A stretch of DNA of 24,839 nt from an uncultured archaeon (GTDB lineage Archaea > Nanobdellota > Nanobdellia > Pacearchaeales > GW2011-AR1). This document shows, piece by piece, positions 1 to 8,611 of this stretch; position 1 is the stretch's first letter; each line of letters starts with the position of its first letter. Both the position numbers and the translations under genes were made by a program. The notes below the pieces were generated by a model, which saw only the letters and a program-made list of their open reading frames with translations, was not told the DNA's origin and made no database searches. Location: contig CBDVES010000001.1 in the NCBI GenBank assembly GCA_965373065.1, positions 1 to 24,839 of the forward strand, written 5' to 3'.

Positions 1-88
1 ATACTGAAATCATCTTATCTGCTCCTTTATGATTTTTTGGGAAAAAATTATTGCGAAAAAGTCTTTGATTTTTTTGTCCTCGGTTCAT
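1..88 (-). CDS. Pilin-like protein with class III signal peptide, N-terminal fragment (runs off the window edge)
   Basis: Hand translation from ATG at 88: MNRGQKNQRLFRNNFFPKNHKG|ADKMISV... The ATG overlaps the TGA of the upstream gene (ATGA, 85-88). The basic leader ends in KG. The hydrophobic segment would lie outside the window. Confidence 0.6.
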   Translation of the reverse strand, partial: MNRGQKNQRLFRNNFFPKNHKGADKMISV

Positions 89-468
89 TTATAACCTCCA
101 ATAATAAACACATATTTATCTTCACTTGAGTAAATATTATCAAAATAAACCTTATTAAAAAAAGAATAAGAATACCCTGCACCCTCCCTGATTCTCACAG
201 TAACAATATTGTCCTGAATTAAAACAACTTTTTTAAAATCAAAATTTTCTTTTTTAGCTTTTTCATAGACCTTTGCCATATTAAGTTCAATTATCATTCC
301 AGGTTTAGCAGAATCAATCAGCAACGCAATCTGTTTTGCATATTTCTCCTCTAAAACCCCTGCGCCCCCCATTTTTGAAAACAAAAACAAAGTCAGAATA
401 GTCAAGAAAATCAAAGTCAGTGCAATAAACAAAACATTCTCTACTAAAATATTTCCTCTTTTTTTCAT
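85..468 (-). CDS. Archaeal type IV pilin-like protein (class III signal peptide)
   Basis: MKKRG|NILVE followed by about 20 hydrophobic residues. Glu at +5 matches the canonical PibD/FlaK cleavage pattern. Confidence 0.8.
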   Translation of the reverse strand: MKKRGNILVENVLFIALTLIFLTILTLFLFSKMGGAGVLEEKYAKQIALLIDSAKPGMIIELNMAKVYEKAKKENFDFKKVVLIQDNIVTVRIREGAGYSYSFFNKVYFDNIYSSEDKYVFIIGGYK

Positions 469-497
469 AAAATCAAAAAAGAAATCTAATTAATAAA
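455..497 (-). repeat. 43-bp direct repeat, copy 1 (TATA box + start codon + MKKRG codons)
   Basis: 41/43 identical to 2160-2202. Contains TTTATTAA (490-497, minus strand) upstream of the ATG at 468. Confidence 0.85.
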
Positions 498-498
498 A

Positions 499-1275
499 TT
501 ATGCTTTTGTTATATCAAAAATACCACATTCGGTTTTATCTTTTACTTCGCTTGATTTAACAAAATAAGAACAAATGTATTCACCTTTTTTCATCCCAGT
601 TATAATTGAATACTTGCTATTAGTATAAATTTTGTCTTCTTCTTTTGTAACATCAATATTCTTCATAGAATAATCTGATTGAAATTGCGCAATAGTATTT
701 ACATCATAAAGATACCTCAAATAAGTTTGCGTTTTATCTTTTGGCTTAACTAAAAAATTGTAAAATTCATTATAAGTTATTTCCTCAAATTTTTCTTGAA
801 TCTTGCTATCAAATTTTACAACAGAACAAATAGCACAGTGATAATCAGACCAAAAAATAATTTTCTCTTTAATTGCACTCCAAGAACTTCCATAATCAAT
901 TTTCCCCTCGCCAAACATCCACCAGCAATCAGCCATCTCATCTGCTATTGATTTCATTATTTGATTTTTAATTTTCTCATTTTTTTCATCTTCATCCTTT
1001 GCCTTAGGATTCATATCAATATCTTTGGTTATTGTTGGATTAATTCCCTCGCACTCTCCTCCCCCGGAAATACAAACATAATTAGTTTTGCAATCCAATG
1101 CCCCTTCTAAAACAGATTTAGATTTCATAAGAACAGAATTATGGCATATCTCTTTATCAGTTGTCTCTCCCAAATTCAACCTAAAAATTAAAAACAAAAT
1201 TACTGAAAAACTTGCTATTAAAATAATTAATCCAACTATCTGCTGTGTTGTTAATTCTCCATTTTTATTTTTCAT
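499..1275 (-). CDS. Pilin-like/minor pilin with Cys-rich extracellular domain (258 aa)
   Basis: Start re-assigned from 1344 to 1275: MKNKNG|ELTTQQIVGLIILIASFSVILFLIF. GGAG lies upstream and the ATG overlaps the stop of the 34-aa ORF. The C-terminal part has multiple Cys (CHNS, CKT, CWWMFGEGK, CAIC). Confidence 0.75.
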   Translation of the reverse strand: MKNKNGELTTQQIVGLIILIASFSVILFLIFRLNLGETTDKEICHNSVLMKSKSVLEGALDCKTNYVCISGGGECEGINPTITKDIDMNPKAKDEDEKNEKIKNQIMKSIADEMADCWWMFGEGKIDYGSSWSAIKEKIIFWSDYHCAICSVVKFDSKIQEKFEEITYNEFYNFLVKPKDKTQTYLRYLYDVNTIAQFQSDYSMKNIDVTKEEDKIYTNSKYSIITGMKKGEYICSYFVKSSEVKDKTECGIFDITKA

Positions 1276-1376
1276 CCCATTACTCCAACTTTTTTTAACA
1301 TAAAATACAATCCTGCCAAAGCCACTCCAAAAAACACAATCCATATTAAATACTTTATTAAAGTGTCTAAATTCAT
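1272..1376 (-). CDS. 34-aa single-TM micro-protein (not in ORF track)
   Basis: MNLDTLIKYLIWIVFFGVALAGLYFMLKKVGVMG*. It has ATGA overlaps at both ends (1373-1376 and 1272-1275) and fills the gap between two pilin-like genes exactly. Confidence 0.75.
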   Translation of the reverse strand: MNLDTLIKYLIWIVFFGVALAGLYFMLKKVGVMG

Positions 1377-1873
1377 TTTTTTGTTATTTTTCCATCTTTA
1401 ATTTCTAAATTTAATGGAGGCTCTTCTATTTTAATTGGTCCTTGAGAACCTTGCGAAACAACAACCATCTGTTCTTTTGGTTTAGAACAAACCCAACCAT
1501 CACATTCTTCTGCAAAAGATTGTATCTTTGTATGGGAAGTAACTAAATCTTTTATTGTAGAAAAAACACCAGGATTCCCACAAATACACAAACAATTATC
1601 CCAATTTAAATTCTCACAATACAAAGGTTTTTCATTTCCATGTGGCCAAGACATAAGCCAATAACCTTCAGGATTATAAATCTCAACACTCTTTCTTCCA
1701 TCATTTATCTCATCAACTAAATGTTGCAATGAAGCTTTTGCCAACTCTAAATCTTTAGAATCTTGATTTGCCATCCACAACGAAACTAAAAAATAAACCA
1801 AAAAACCTATTGCTATAAAAGCCAGTACAATTTTCAAAGTTTCTTCAGCCAACAACATTGCTTTTTTATCCAT
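1373..1873 (-). CDS. Pilin-like protein with class III signal peptide and Cys-rich domain
   Basis: MDKKA|MLLAE (Glu +5), then hydrophobic TLKIVLAFIAIGFLVYFLVSLW. A CENLNWDNCLCIC motif follows. Confidence 0.8.
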   Translation of the reverse strand: MDKKAMLLAEETLKIVLAFIAIGFLVYFLVSLWMANQDSKDLELAKASLQHLVDEINDGRKSVEIYNPEGYWLMSWPHGNEKPLYCENLNWDNCLCICGNPGVFSTIKDLVTSHTKIQSFAEECDGWVCSKPKEQMVVVSQGSQGPIKIEEPPLNLEIKDGKITKK

Positions 1874-2027
1874 ATAAACTTAAAATCAAATCTGATTCTC
1901 CTCCAGGCATATTATTAAAAAAATCTATTATATAATCTTTAAAGAAAAATCCAACTCCCACAACCACCACCACAACTACAAGAATCCCCAAAATAATTTT
2001 TATCAGTTGTCCTGTTGTAAGTTCCAT
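1866..2027 (-). CDS. 53-aa pilin-like micro-protein lacking a basic leader (not in ORF track)
   Basis: MELTTGQLIKIILGILVVVVVVVGVGFFFKDYIIDFFNNMPGGESDLILSLYG*. TAATG overlap with the upstream gene and an 8-nt overlap with the downstream gene. Confidence 0.75.
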   Translation of the reverse strand: MELTTGQLIKIILGILVVVVVVVGVGFFFKDYIIDFFNNMPGGESDLILSLYG

Positions 2028-2173
2028 TATCCGCTAAATAAATTTTTAATTGAATCAACCAAAGACACTCCCTTGTCTTTAAGTACAAAAATAGAAACCA
2101 TCACAACCGCAAGAATCGCAACTGCTATCAGCAACCAAGGAAGATAATCTGAAATAATCCCTCTTTTTTTCAT
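2027..2173 (-). CDS. 48-aa small pilin-like protein with class III signal peptide (not in ORF track)
   Basis: MKKRG|IISDYLPWLLIAVAILAVVMVSIFVLKDKGVSLVDSIKNLFSG*. A TATA box lies at 2195-2202. Confidence 0.8.
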   Translation of the reverse strand: MKKRGIISDYLPWLLIAVAILAVVMVSIFVLKDKGVSLVDSIKNLFSG

Positions 2174-2202
2174 AAAAGTAAAAAAGAAATCTAATTAATA
2201 AA
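2160..2202 (-). repeat. 43-bp direct repeat, copy 2 (promoter of the pilin operon)
   Basis: 41/43 identical to 455-497. The only difference is tc versus gt just upstream of the ATG. Confidence 0.85.
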
Positions 2203-2247
2203 TGTTTAGTATAATAATCTTTAAATATACAATTCTCCAAAAAAAAT

Positions 2248-3717
2248 ATGGGAAAATTATTGAGCGGATTGGGAAGCAACTTGATTGGAATCGCCACAAG
2301 TCTTGCCATAATTGGGGGAGGAATTTATTATTCTTTAACAAAAGAAGACAATATTGGAGAAGCATTCAAAAGACCTTCTCATTCCATAGAATTACTTAAT
2401 CAAATTTATCATGTCCCATTAAGAAGTGAATTTAAAAAAAAGTTTTTAGAAAACTTAAAATTAACTGTAGAAATTGATAAAGAAAAAGACATCTTGTATT
2501 TTGGGAACTACACCCAAAATTATAACAGAAAAGATTGGGGAAAAGAAAACATACCTGTCCATAAGAAACATACTAGCATAAATCATGTTTATTCAAAAAC
2601 TTTTATATTGCATCCTCCAGAAGTTAAAATTTCAAAACAAGAGCAAAAAGCATATTTGGTTCCTGCATATGGATGGGACGATAATCTAAAACCTTACGAA
2701 AAACACAAAGAAGCACAAATGGTGATTGAAGGTGGAGAAGAAATAATGGACTGGACGCTCTCAAAAATTCCAATACCTTTTTTTAAAGAATTTATTGAAC
2801 AAGGACTAAAAAATGCCACTAAAAAAGAAAAAAGACATTATCAAGAATTGTTTAGAAAAATAAAACAAGGATACACTGCAACAATAATCCCTTCCCAAAT
2901 TCCAAATAAAATTATAGGGTATACAGAAACTGCAAGAGAATCAAAAATTTCTTTAGAAACAAATAATCTTAAAGAAAATGCTGAAATATATCTCTGGGCA
3001 AAAATAGCATTAGGCAATCCTTCAAAAGCTCCTCATGGTTCTCTTCCAAACAAATATGGAGAACTGGAAAATATTGTTGTTGAATTTAGGTTGCATAGTG
3101 ATAAAACAAAAAAAATAATAAAACAAACAAAATCTGAGTTAGAAAAATATTTTTTTACTGATAAAGAATTAGAAATAGGAAATATAAGATTATCAACCAT
3201 GGATGAATTAAAAGGAAATTCTGCATTTCCAACAATGAAAAAAAATCCCCATTTAATAATTCGTGAAGAATTAATTGAAAAAGAATTAGAAAAACTAAAA
3301 GAAACACCAAATAACAAAGGGTATTTGGGATTTGGGTGGGCATTTTATAATTTTAAAGACAGAGAAACAAAATGGGGAGGGTGGGATATAATTTTTAGTT
3401 TTACTAAATTTGATTCCCTTGAAAATTTAAAAAATCATATTAGTACAAATAGAGGTTATGAAAAAGGGTTAGGATGGACAGAATTAGAAAACCCAATACT
3501 TTTATCAGGAACTACTGGAATCTCCCCAATAGTGAATAAAAACCTAAATAATAAAAACCTTACAACATGGATTGATTCATTATTACATTATCAAAAAAGA
3601 TTGAAAACAGAACCATTAACAAACAATGAATCCCTTAAAGGAAAAAAATATATCCAAATTCTAAAAAATACAAGAAAAGACATAATTGAAGGGAAAATTA
3701 ATCCTTATAGAAATTAA
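2248..3717 (+). CDS. Hypothetical protein with N-terminal membrane anchor (489 aa)
   Basis: Long ORF with hydrophobic LIGIATSLAIIGGGIYYSL near the N-terminus. TTTAAA at 2220-2225 lies 22 nt before the ATG. No family recognised. Confidence 0.75.
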   Translation: MGKLLSGLGSNLIGIATSLAIIGGGIYYSLTKEDNIGEAFKRPSHSIELLNQIYHVPLRSEFKKKFLENLKLTVEIDKEKDILYFGNYTQNYNRKDWGKENIPVHKKHTSINHVYSKTFILHPPEVKISKQEQKAYLVPAYGWDDNLKPYEKHKEAQMVIEGGEEIMDWTLSKIPIPFFKEFIEQGLKNATKKEKRHYQELFRKIKQGYTATIIPSQIPNKIIGYTETARESKISLETNNLKENAEIYLWAKIALGNPSKAPHGSLPNKYGELENIVVEFRLHSDKTKKIIKQTKSELEKYFFTDKELEIGNIRLSTMDELKGNSAFPTMKKNPHLIIREELIEKELEKLKETPNNKGYLGFGWAFYNFKDRETKWGGWDIIFSFTKFDSLENLKNHISTNRGYEKGLGWTELENPILLSGTTGISPIVNKNLNNKNLTTWIDSLLHYQKRLKTEPLTNNESLKGKKYIQILKNTRKDIIEGKINPYRN

Positions 3718-3725
3718 CCCCCTAA

Positions 3726-5876
3726 CTACAAACCACTTAACACAATTGAGGTCAAAACAAACAATGCCAAAGTTGCCAAAAGAGCCGTAACAAAATAAAG
3801 TAAAATCCCCCTCTTGATATTTCTTCCTGTCTTGTTTGTCTTTTCAAGTTTATCCTCGCCAGAATCTATTGTAACCAGAGTTCTGGTTAAAATAAAAATT
3901 ACCTGAATAAGATAAATTCCAATTGCAATCTGAAGATAATAAGGAGGTATCATTTTTGTAAGTTCAAACACGCTCAGGATGTTATCTAAATTTCCAAGAC
4001 CCGCTGTTCCGGATTCTCCAAGTGCAGAAAGATTAAGCTTGTTTAAAATAGAAGTAATCATCGCTGCCAAACCAACAACAATTCCTGAGAGCAAAGGTGC
4101 CAAAAAAGTCATGTTGCTCTTCATGTCAGAAACAATCTCTGCAAGCATATCCCGAAGACGATTGGTAATTTTATGTATGTTCTTCACATATTCTGAAATG
4201 CTCATAAGACTCACCGCAGCAATTTTCAAACCTTTTTTAGAAGATTCAATAAGAACCCTCATGCTCGTCGCAATCAAGTCCGAAGGATAATAACTGATTG
4301 CTACTCTAATTACATCAAAAATCGCCTTCTCAACACTCATTCCCATCTGCCGAATATTATAATTAACTCTCTTGAAAAAATCCTCTGTCCTCAGCCCACG
4401 CGAAGACTCGGCAATCTTTCCAAACACCAATTCAGGAGGAACCCCGTTCCCTATCCGATTCCCTAATTGAAACAGAGAACTGTTAAACTCTTTCTCAAGC
4501 TGTTTTGTTTTTTCTCTTTCTTTAATTAATTCCTGTGTTTTAGATTTAAAAGACATTGAAAAAAACAACGCCAATCCAAGAGGAATAAACAAACTCAATA
4601 TCAAAGCCCCAATCCCAAATGGTCCTGCAACACCACTGCCAGCCTGAACAAAACCAAAAACTTGCTCGTCGCCAAAAATGCCCAAACCCAGTTCAGAAAA
4701 AGTGTAATCTTTCTGCAAACCCAGCATATCAGGAACAGGAGTATACTGAAATATCAACGGCAAAAAACCAATTATAAAAAAAGGCAGACAAATAAAAAAA
4801 ACCCTCAGATAAACCTTATTATTTTTGTATTTAGAATAAAGAGGATTCCGCTCCAGCAAACTTGACTCTCCATGCCCCCCAGGTCTTAACAACATAATCT
4901 TATCAGTCAAATAAAATACAAAAAAAGGAACAATAAGAGTGAACAAAATAAAAACATGGTGCCACTTCAAATAATCACCTATCATTGCAGAAGCCAAAGG
5001 TAACAACGCCAACCCCAGAGTCGGCAAAACAACCCCAAGCATATACACATTAGTCAACGGGCTACGGACAGTGTGGGTAAATTTCAGCATCTTATCATAA
5101 ACACCGTCAAGAACAACCTGAAGAGATTTTTCCAGAGTTGCTATCCTCCTTGAATTATCTGGCTCAAACAAACTGCTCTCAATTAAATGAAAAGATTCAA
5201 TAAACTCAACAGAATAATCCCTCCATGTTTCAAGGTAATTGTCCAGGCTCTCTTTAATAGTTGAAAACTTCCCAACAGAAACATCATAAAACACCTTTTT
5301 AAAATCAAGCGCCAGAGGATACTGCAAATGTTGTGATGCAAAAGCAATTGCCTTTTCCAGATTAGGTGTGTGCCTCATGTAAACTACAATATATAAAATC
5401 GCAGGAACCATTTGCGACGACGCCTTCAGTCTCCACTTGTTCGCCAGCCTCGCAGGATAGCCATTGACAAAATAAAATAAAGACAAGGACAGCATAACCA
5501 TCAAAAAGAAAAACAAAAACGGAAACTTTGTAAAACTTCCCTTAATCAAAGCAACTGCAACAGAAATCAGCAACCCAAGAATAAACACCCCGAAAAAAGA
5601 CATCACCCCCAAAGTCAATGCCTGCCAGGGTTCAAGATTTAAATGTGCTATCTTGAGATGCTTCTCAACTTTACTCTTATCCTTTTCAGAAACCTTTAAC
5701 TTAATCACACTTCCCAGACTGCGACACCACTTTTCATACCGCGTCAACTCAGGCGCCATCTCCTCTTTAAATTTCACATACTCCCGACTATAACTCACAT
5801 TCTCAACACCAGATGTTTTAACCTCTTGCTCAATTCTTGCCCCATGCTTTCTTAAAATATCTTTTACATCAACCAT
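3726..5876 (-). CDS. Type II/IV secretion system F-family membrane platform protein (TadC/PilC/ArlJ-like, two-domain)
   Basis: 716 aa with several TM clusters separated by two cytoplasmic helical domains (ILYIVVYMRHTPNLEKAIAF; LFQLGNRIGNGVPPE). It lies downstream of the secretion ATPase and upstream of pilins on the same strand. Confidence 0.8.
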   Translation of the reverse strand: MVDVKDILRKHGARIEQEVKTSGVENVSYSREYVKFKEEMAPELTRYEKWCRSLGSVIKLKVSEKDKSKVEKHLKIAHLNLEPWQALTLGVMSFFGVFILGLLISVAVALIKGSFTKFPFLFFFLMVMLSLSLFYFVNGYPARLANKWRLKASSQMVPAILYIVVYMRHTPNLEKAIAFASQHLQYPLALDFKKVFYDVSVGKFSTIKESLDNYLETWRDYSVEFIESFHLIESSLFEPDNSRRIATLEKSLQVVLDGVYDKMLKFTHTVRSPLTNVYMLGVVLPTLGLALLPLASAMIGDYLKWHHVFILFTLIVPFFVFYLTDKIMLLRPGGHGESSLLERNPLYSKYKNNKVYLRVFFICLPFFIIGFLPLIFQYTPVPDMLGLQKDYTFSELGLGIFGDEQVFGFVQAGSGVAGPFGIGALILSLFIPLGLALFFSMSFKSKTQELIKEREKTKQLEKEFNSSLFQLGNRIGNGVPPELVFGKIAESSRGLRTEDFFKRVNYNIRQMGMSVEKAIFDVIRVAISYYPSDLIATSMRVLIESSKKGLKIAAVSLMSISEYVKNIHKITNRLRDMLAEIVSDMKSNMTFLAPLLSGIVVGLAAMITSILNKLNLSALGESGTAGLGNLDNILSVFELTKMIPPYYLQIAIGIYLIQVIFILTRTLVTIDSGEDKLEKTNKTGRNIKRGILLYFVTALLATLALFVLTSIVLSGL

Positions 5877-5926
5877 CTTTTAATAGAAAAATTAATGAAA
5901 ATTAATTAATAAACTTAATGGATTAA

Positions 5927-6238
5927 TCACCTCATATCCTGCTGAACTGAATAAAGAAATCTCCTTGCACCCAAAACCAACACAAATGCCCCAACCAAAC
6001 CAAAAAAAGGCGTTAGCACCCACAATGGGTGAGAAGGGTCAACTTTTTTAGCCAGCAATATAGCACTTGTTGCACCCTGCACAATCTCAATAGATAACGC
6101 AGCAAGTATATAAAAAACAGCAACTTGAAAATCAGATTTAAGATTTACTGCTGCCTTAAAAAGAACAAGCAATCCATAAATCATTAAAAATATAACAATG
6201 ATTTCAATCTGCACACCATAAGTTATCCAATGATTCAT
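5927..6238 (-). CDS. Small integral membrane protein (about 3 TM)
   Basis: Three hydrophobic segments. GAGGAG SD-like sequence and a TTTATT box lie upstream. Confidence 0.7.
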   Translation of the reverse strand: MNHWITYGVQIEIIVIFLMIYGLLVLFKAAVNLKSDFQVAVFYILAALSIEIVQGATSAILLAKKVDPSHPLWVLTPFFGLVGAFVLVLGARRFLYSVQQDMR

Positions 6239-6296
6239 TTTCTCTCCTCTTTTTAATATCAGGAAAAAAGGATTAATAAATGTTTAGGATTTTTTC

Positions 6297-8474
6297 TCAA
6301 ACACACCCATTCTTCCACTCTCCAATCCCAATCATTAAATTTTCTATTGAAACTGTTCCTGCTTTCCATTCAGTCATGTAATTTATTATTTCTTCAATAC
6401 TTACTGTTCCGTCGGTGTTTGTGTCAGCGTCGCTGCATGTGGTTGAAACACCAGGAACAAAATCAGGATCACTTGTAACTATTATTTTGTCAGCTCTTGC
6501 TAATTCCTCACCATGAGAAATCTGTATCTCGTTAATGCCTTCTATTAAACTGTAATTGGTTCTTGCTTTTACCCAAACATATTCTTGGAGAGGGGTTGGA
6601 TAATGTCTGTCAAAGTTTCCGTTGAAGCCGATATACAAAGCATCATTATCACTTGTTTCACCATACATGAGAAACCATAAATAGTAAATGTTCGCAGAAG
6701 CAATATTTATAGGATAAACAGCTTCGGCAGTTGGAGTGCTGCTGTCTCCTGTGCCTACAGGAACATAAATATATTTTCCACTTGAAGCAGATGAGTCACT
6801 TCCTGTTAACATTGGAGAATTAATAATTCCGTCTTCTGCTTCGATATATTGTTCAGGTAAAAAAGATTGCACATAACACACTTCACAACAAACCTGTCCT
6901 GGACAATCAGCGTCGTATAATGGTTGAGGTCCTGATTCACAAGAATCACAGCAATTATGCCCTTGGTTTGTGCATGTTTGCGTCGCCATCAACCAACTAA
7001 CGCCGACATCATTCTCGGTTACTGGTAATCTCAATGGAGCAGAGGCAGAATATTCATCACAACCAATATCTGGATTTGTTCCATCTCTTGAATGTCCGTC
7101 TATATCATCAGTTATAATTGCGACAGGTGTTCCTTTTTCAATAGCATTATTGCTTGATGATTGTAATCTCTGAATGTATGTTCCTTGAATAAGGTTTGGG
7201 TTTGCATGAGTTATTCCCGACGATGGTTCATTCCCGCCGCCATCATTAATCCAATAAGAAGCTCCACCCGTGGCATAGTGAAGATTATTTTCCCAAATGA
7301 ATGTTCCAGTATGCCCACTATCTTTGACTAAATAGCTGTTTGCTACATTTGAAGTTATCATATTATTTTTAAATGCCAGGTTATTAGGTTTTACATCACC
7401 GCTTGGCCACCAGCCAATGTGAATCCCCCGCAATACTGGATTAACTATTAGATTATTTGCTATAAAGATATCAGAAACATGCTGGTAATTTACACCACCC
7501 TCTGCTAATAAAATTGCTGAATACCCAGGATTTTCAAAATAATTATTGATTATTTTATGCCCAGTACCATGCACTCTGATATTCTGCTTATCAATATCAA
7601 AAAAATAATTGCCATTTATTATACAATCATCCCCACCACGCAATACTAAACCATAACTTTTTTTACCCTCTGTGCTTTTAAAAACATTGTATTGATATGT
7701 ATTGCTTGACGCTTTATTTGCTATTGCTTCTTCAGCACCAAGTGTATCTTCAAACAAATTATATTCAAAAGTAGTGTAAAGGTCTATTTGAGTACGCCAA
7801 CGATCGCCACCAATATGCATTGTTGGCAATCCACCGAATCCACCGGAAGGGCTAAGAGAATCTTTTAAATAATTGTGGTCAACCCGACAATACATTGCTT
7901 CATGACTTAGAGTAATATGCACTGCATTATTTTCAATAAAAGTATTATGGTCTACTCTTGAATGGTGACCTGTTCCTCTACTGCCTATCCAAATACACCA
8001 ATTATACTTGTCTGGATCAGTTAATACCGCAAATCCTTCCCAATAAGTGTTAGTTACTCTTGTACCGGTTGCGTCTCTTGTAACTATTCCATACGTGTTG
8101 GCATCACCAACTTCTGAAATATCTATAAATTTGAAATCTCGAATAATCCACCAATCGCCCTGAACAAATATAAGTGGAGCTGCTGAATTACCTGTAAAAG
8201 TCACGCCGCCAGCGGTTGCAGCCTTTAAAGTGATGGGATTTGCTTCTGTGCCATCAACATCACTTGGAACAGTTATCTGATTTAGGTTACTGTAAGTCCC
8301 GTCTGGGATTATCACACAATCCCCTGGCTGCGCTGAGACAATGGCGGAATTTATTGCCGCGGCGGTAACTGGAGTGGCAACATAAATATCAGTCGCACTA
8401 ACACCCCCAACCAAAAACAAAACCATTCCAATTATCAAAAACATTACAAATAAAATTATCACAACTCTTTTCAT
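6297..8474 (-). CDS. Secreted PL6-like (chondroitinase B/alginate lyase fold) beta-helix protein with Cys-rich linker, CBM-like module and C-terminal EF-hand/dockerin-like domain
   Basis: Signal peptide. PL6-type start PGDCVIIPDGTY...GTEANPITLKAATAGGVTFTG. Motifs EEAIANKASSNTYQYNVF (K254) and LVLRGG (R279). IEAEDG...ASSGKYI is a CBM6/35-like start. DTNTDGTVSIEE is an EF-hand loop. Confidence 0.7.
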   Translation of the reverse strand: MKRVVIILFVMFLIIGMVLFLVGGVSATDIYVATPVTAAAINSAIVSAQPGDCVIIPDGTYSNLNQITVPSDVDGTEANPITLKAATAGGVTFTGNSAAPLIFVQGDWWIIRDFKFIDISEVGDANTYGIVTRDATGTRVTNTYWEGFAVLTDPDKYNWCIWIGSRGTGHHSRVDHNTFIENNAVHITLSHEAMYCRVDHNYLKDSLSPSGGFGGLPTMHIGGDRWRTQIDLYTTFEYNLFEDTLGAEEAIANKASSNTYQYNVFKSTEGKKSYGLVLRGGDDCIINGNYFFDIDKQNIRVHGTGHKIINNYFENPGYSAILLAEGGVNYQHVSDIFIANNLIVNPVLRGIHIGWWPSGDVKPNNLAFKNNMITSNVANSYLVKDSGHTGTFIWENNLHYATGGASYWINDGGGNEPSSGITHANPNLIQGTYIQRLQSSSNNAIEKGTPVAIITDDIDGHSRDGTNPDIGCDEYSASAPLRLPVTENDVGVSWLMATQTCTNQGHNCCDSCESGPQPLYDADCPGQVCCEVCYVQSFLPEQYIEAEDGIINSPMLTGSDSSASSGKYIYVPVGTGDSSTPTAEAVYPINIASANIYYLWFLMYGETSDNDALYIGFNGNFDRHYPTPLQEYVWVKARTNYSLIEGINEIQISHGEELARADKIIVTSDPDFVPGVSTTCSDADTNTDGTVSIEEIINYMTEWKAGTVSIENLMIGIGEWKNGCV

Positions 8475-8539
8475 TTTAATTATTTATTATTTTAAGTATT
8501 TAATTCTTTCCCAAACACCCCTCTTCTTCACTTCTCCAT

Positions 8540-8581
8540 CCAACCACCAACTGCCTACTACCAACTACCTACTCCCGACTT
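8540..8581. repeat. Six degenerate heptamer tandem repeats
   Basis: ccaacca ccaactg cctacta ccaacta cctactc ccgactt. Flanked by an imperfect direct repeat, cccctcttctt(c/a)actt, at 8518 and 8582. Confidence 0.7.
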
Positions 8582-8611
8582 CCCCTCTTCTTAACTTCCT
8601 CCTCCAATCAA

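Noticed and set aside
1276-1344. N-terminal extension of the 281-aa ORF (start 1344)
   Set aside because: It overlaps the coupled 34-aa ORF in another frame and would bury the class III leader. ATG 1275 fits better.
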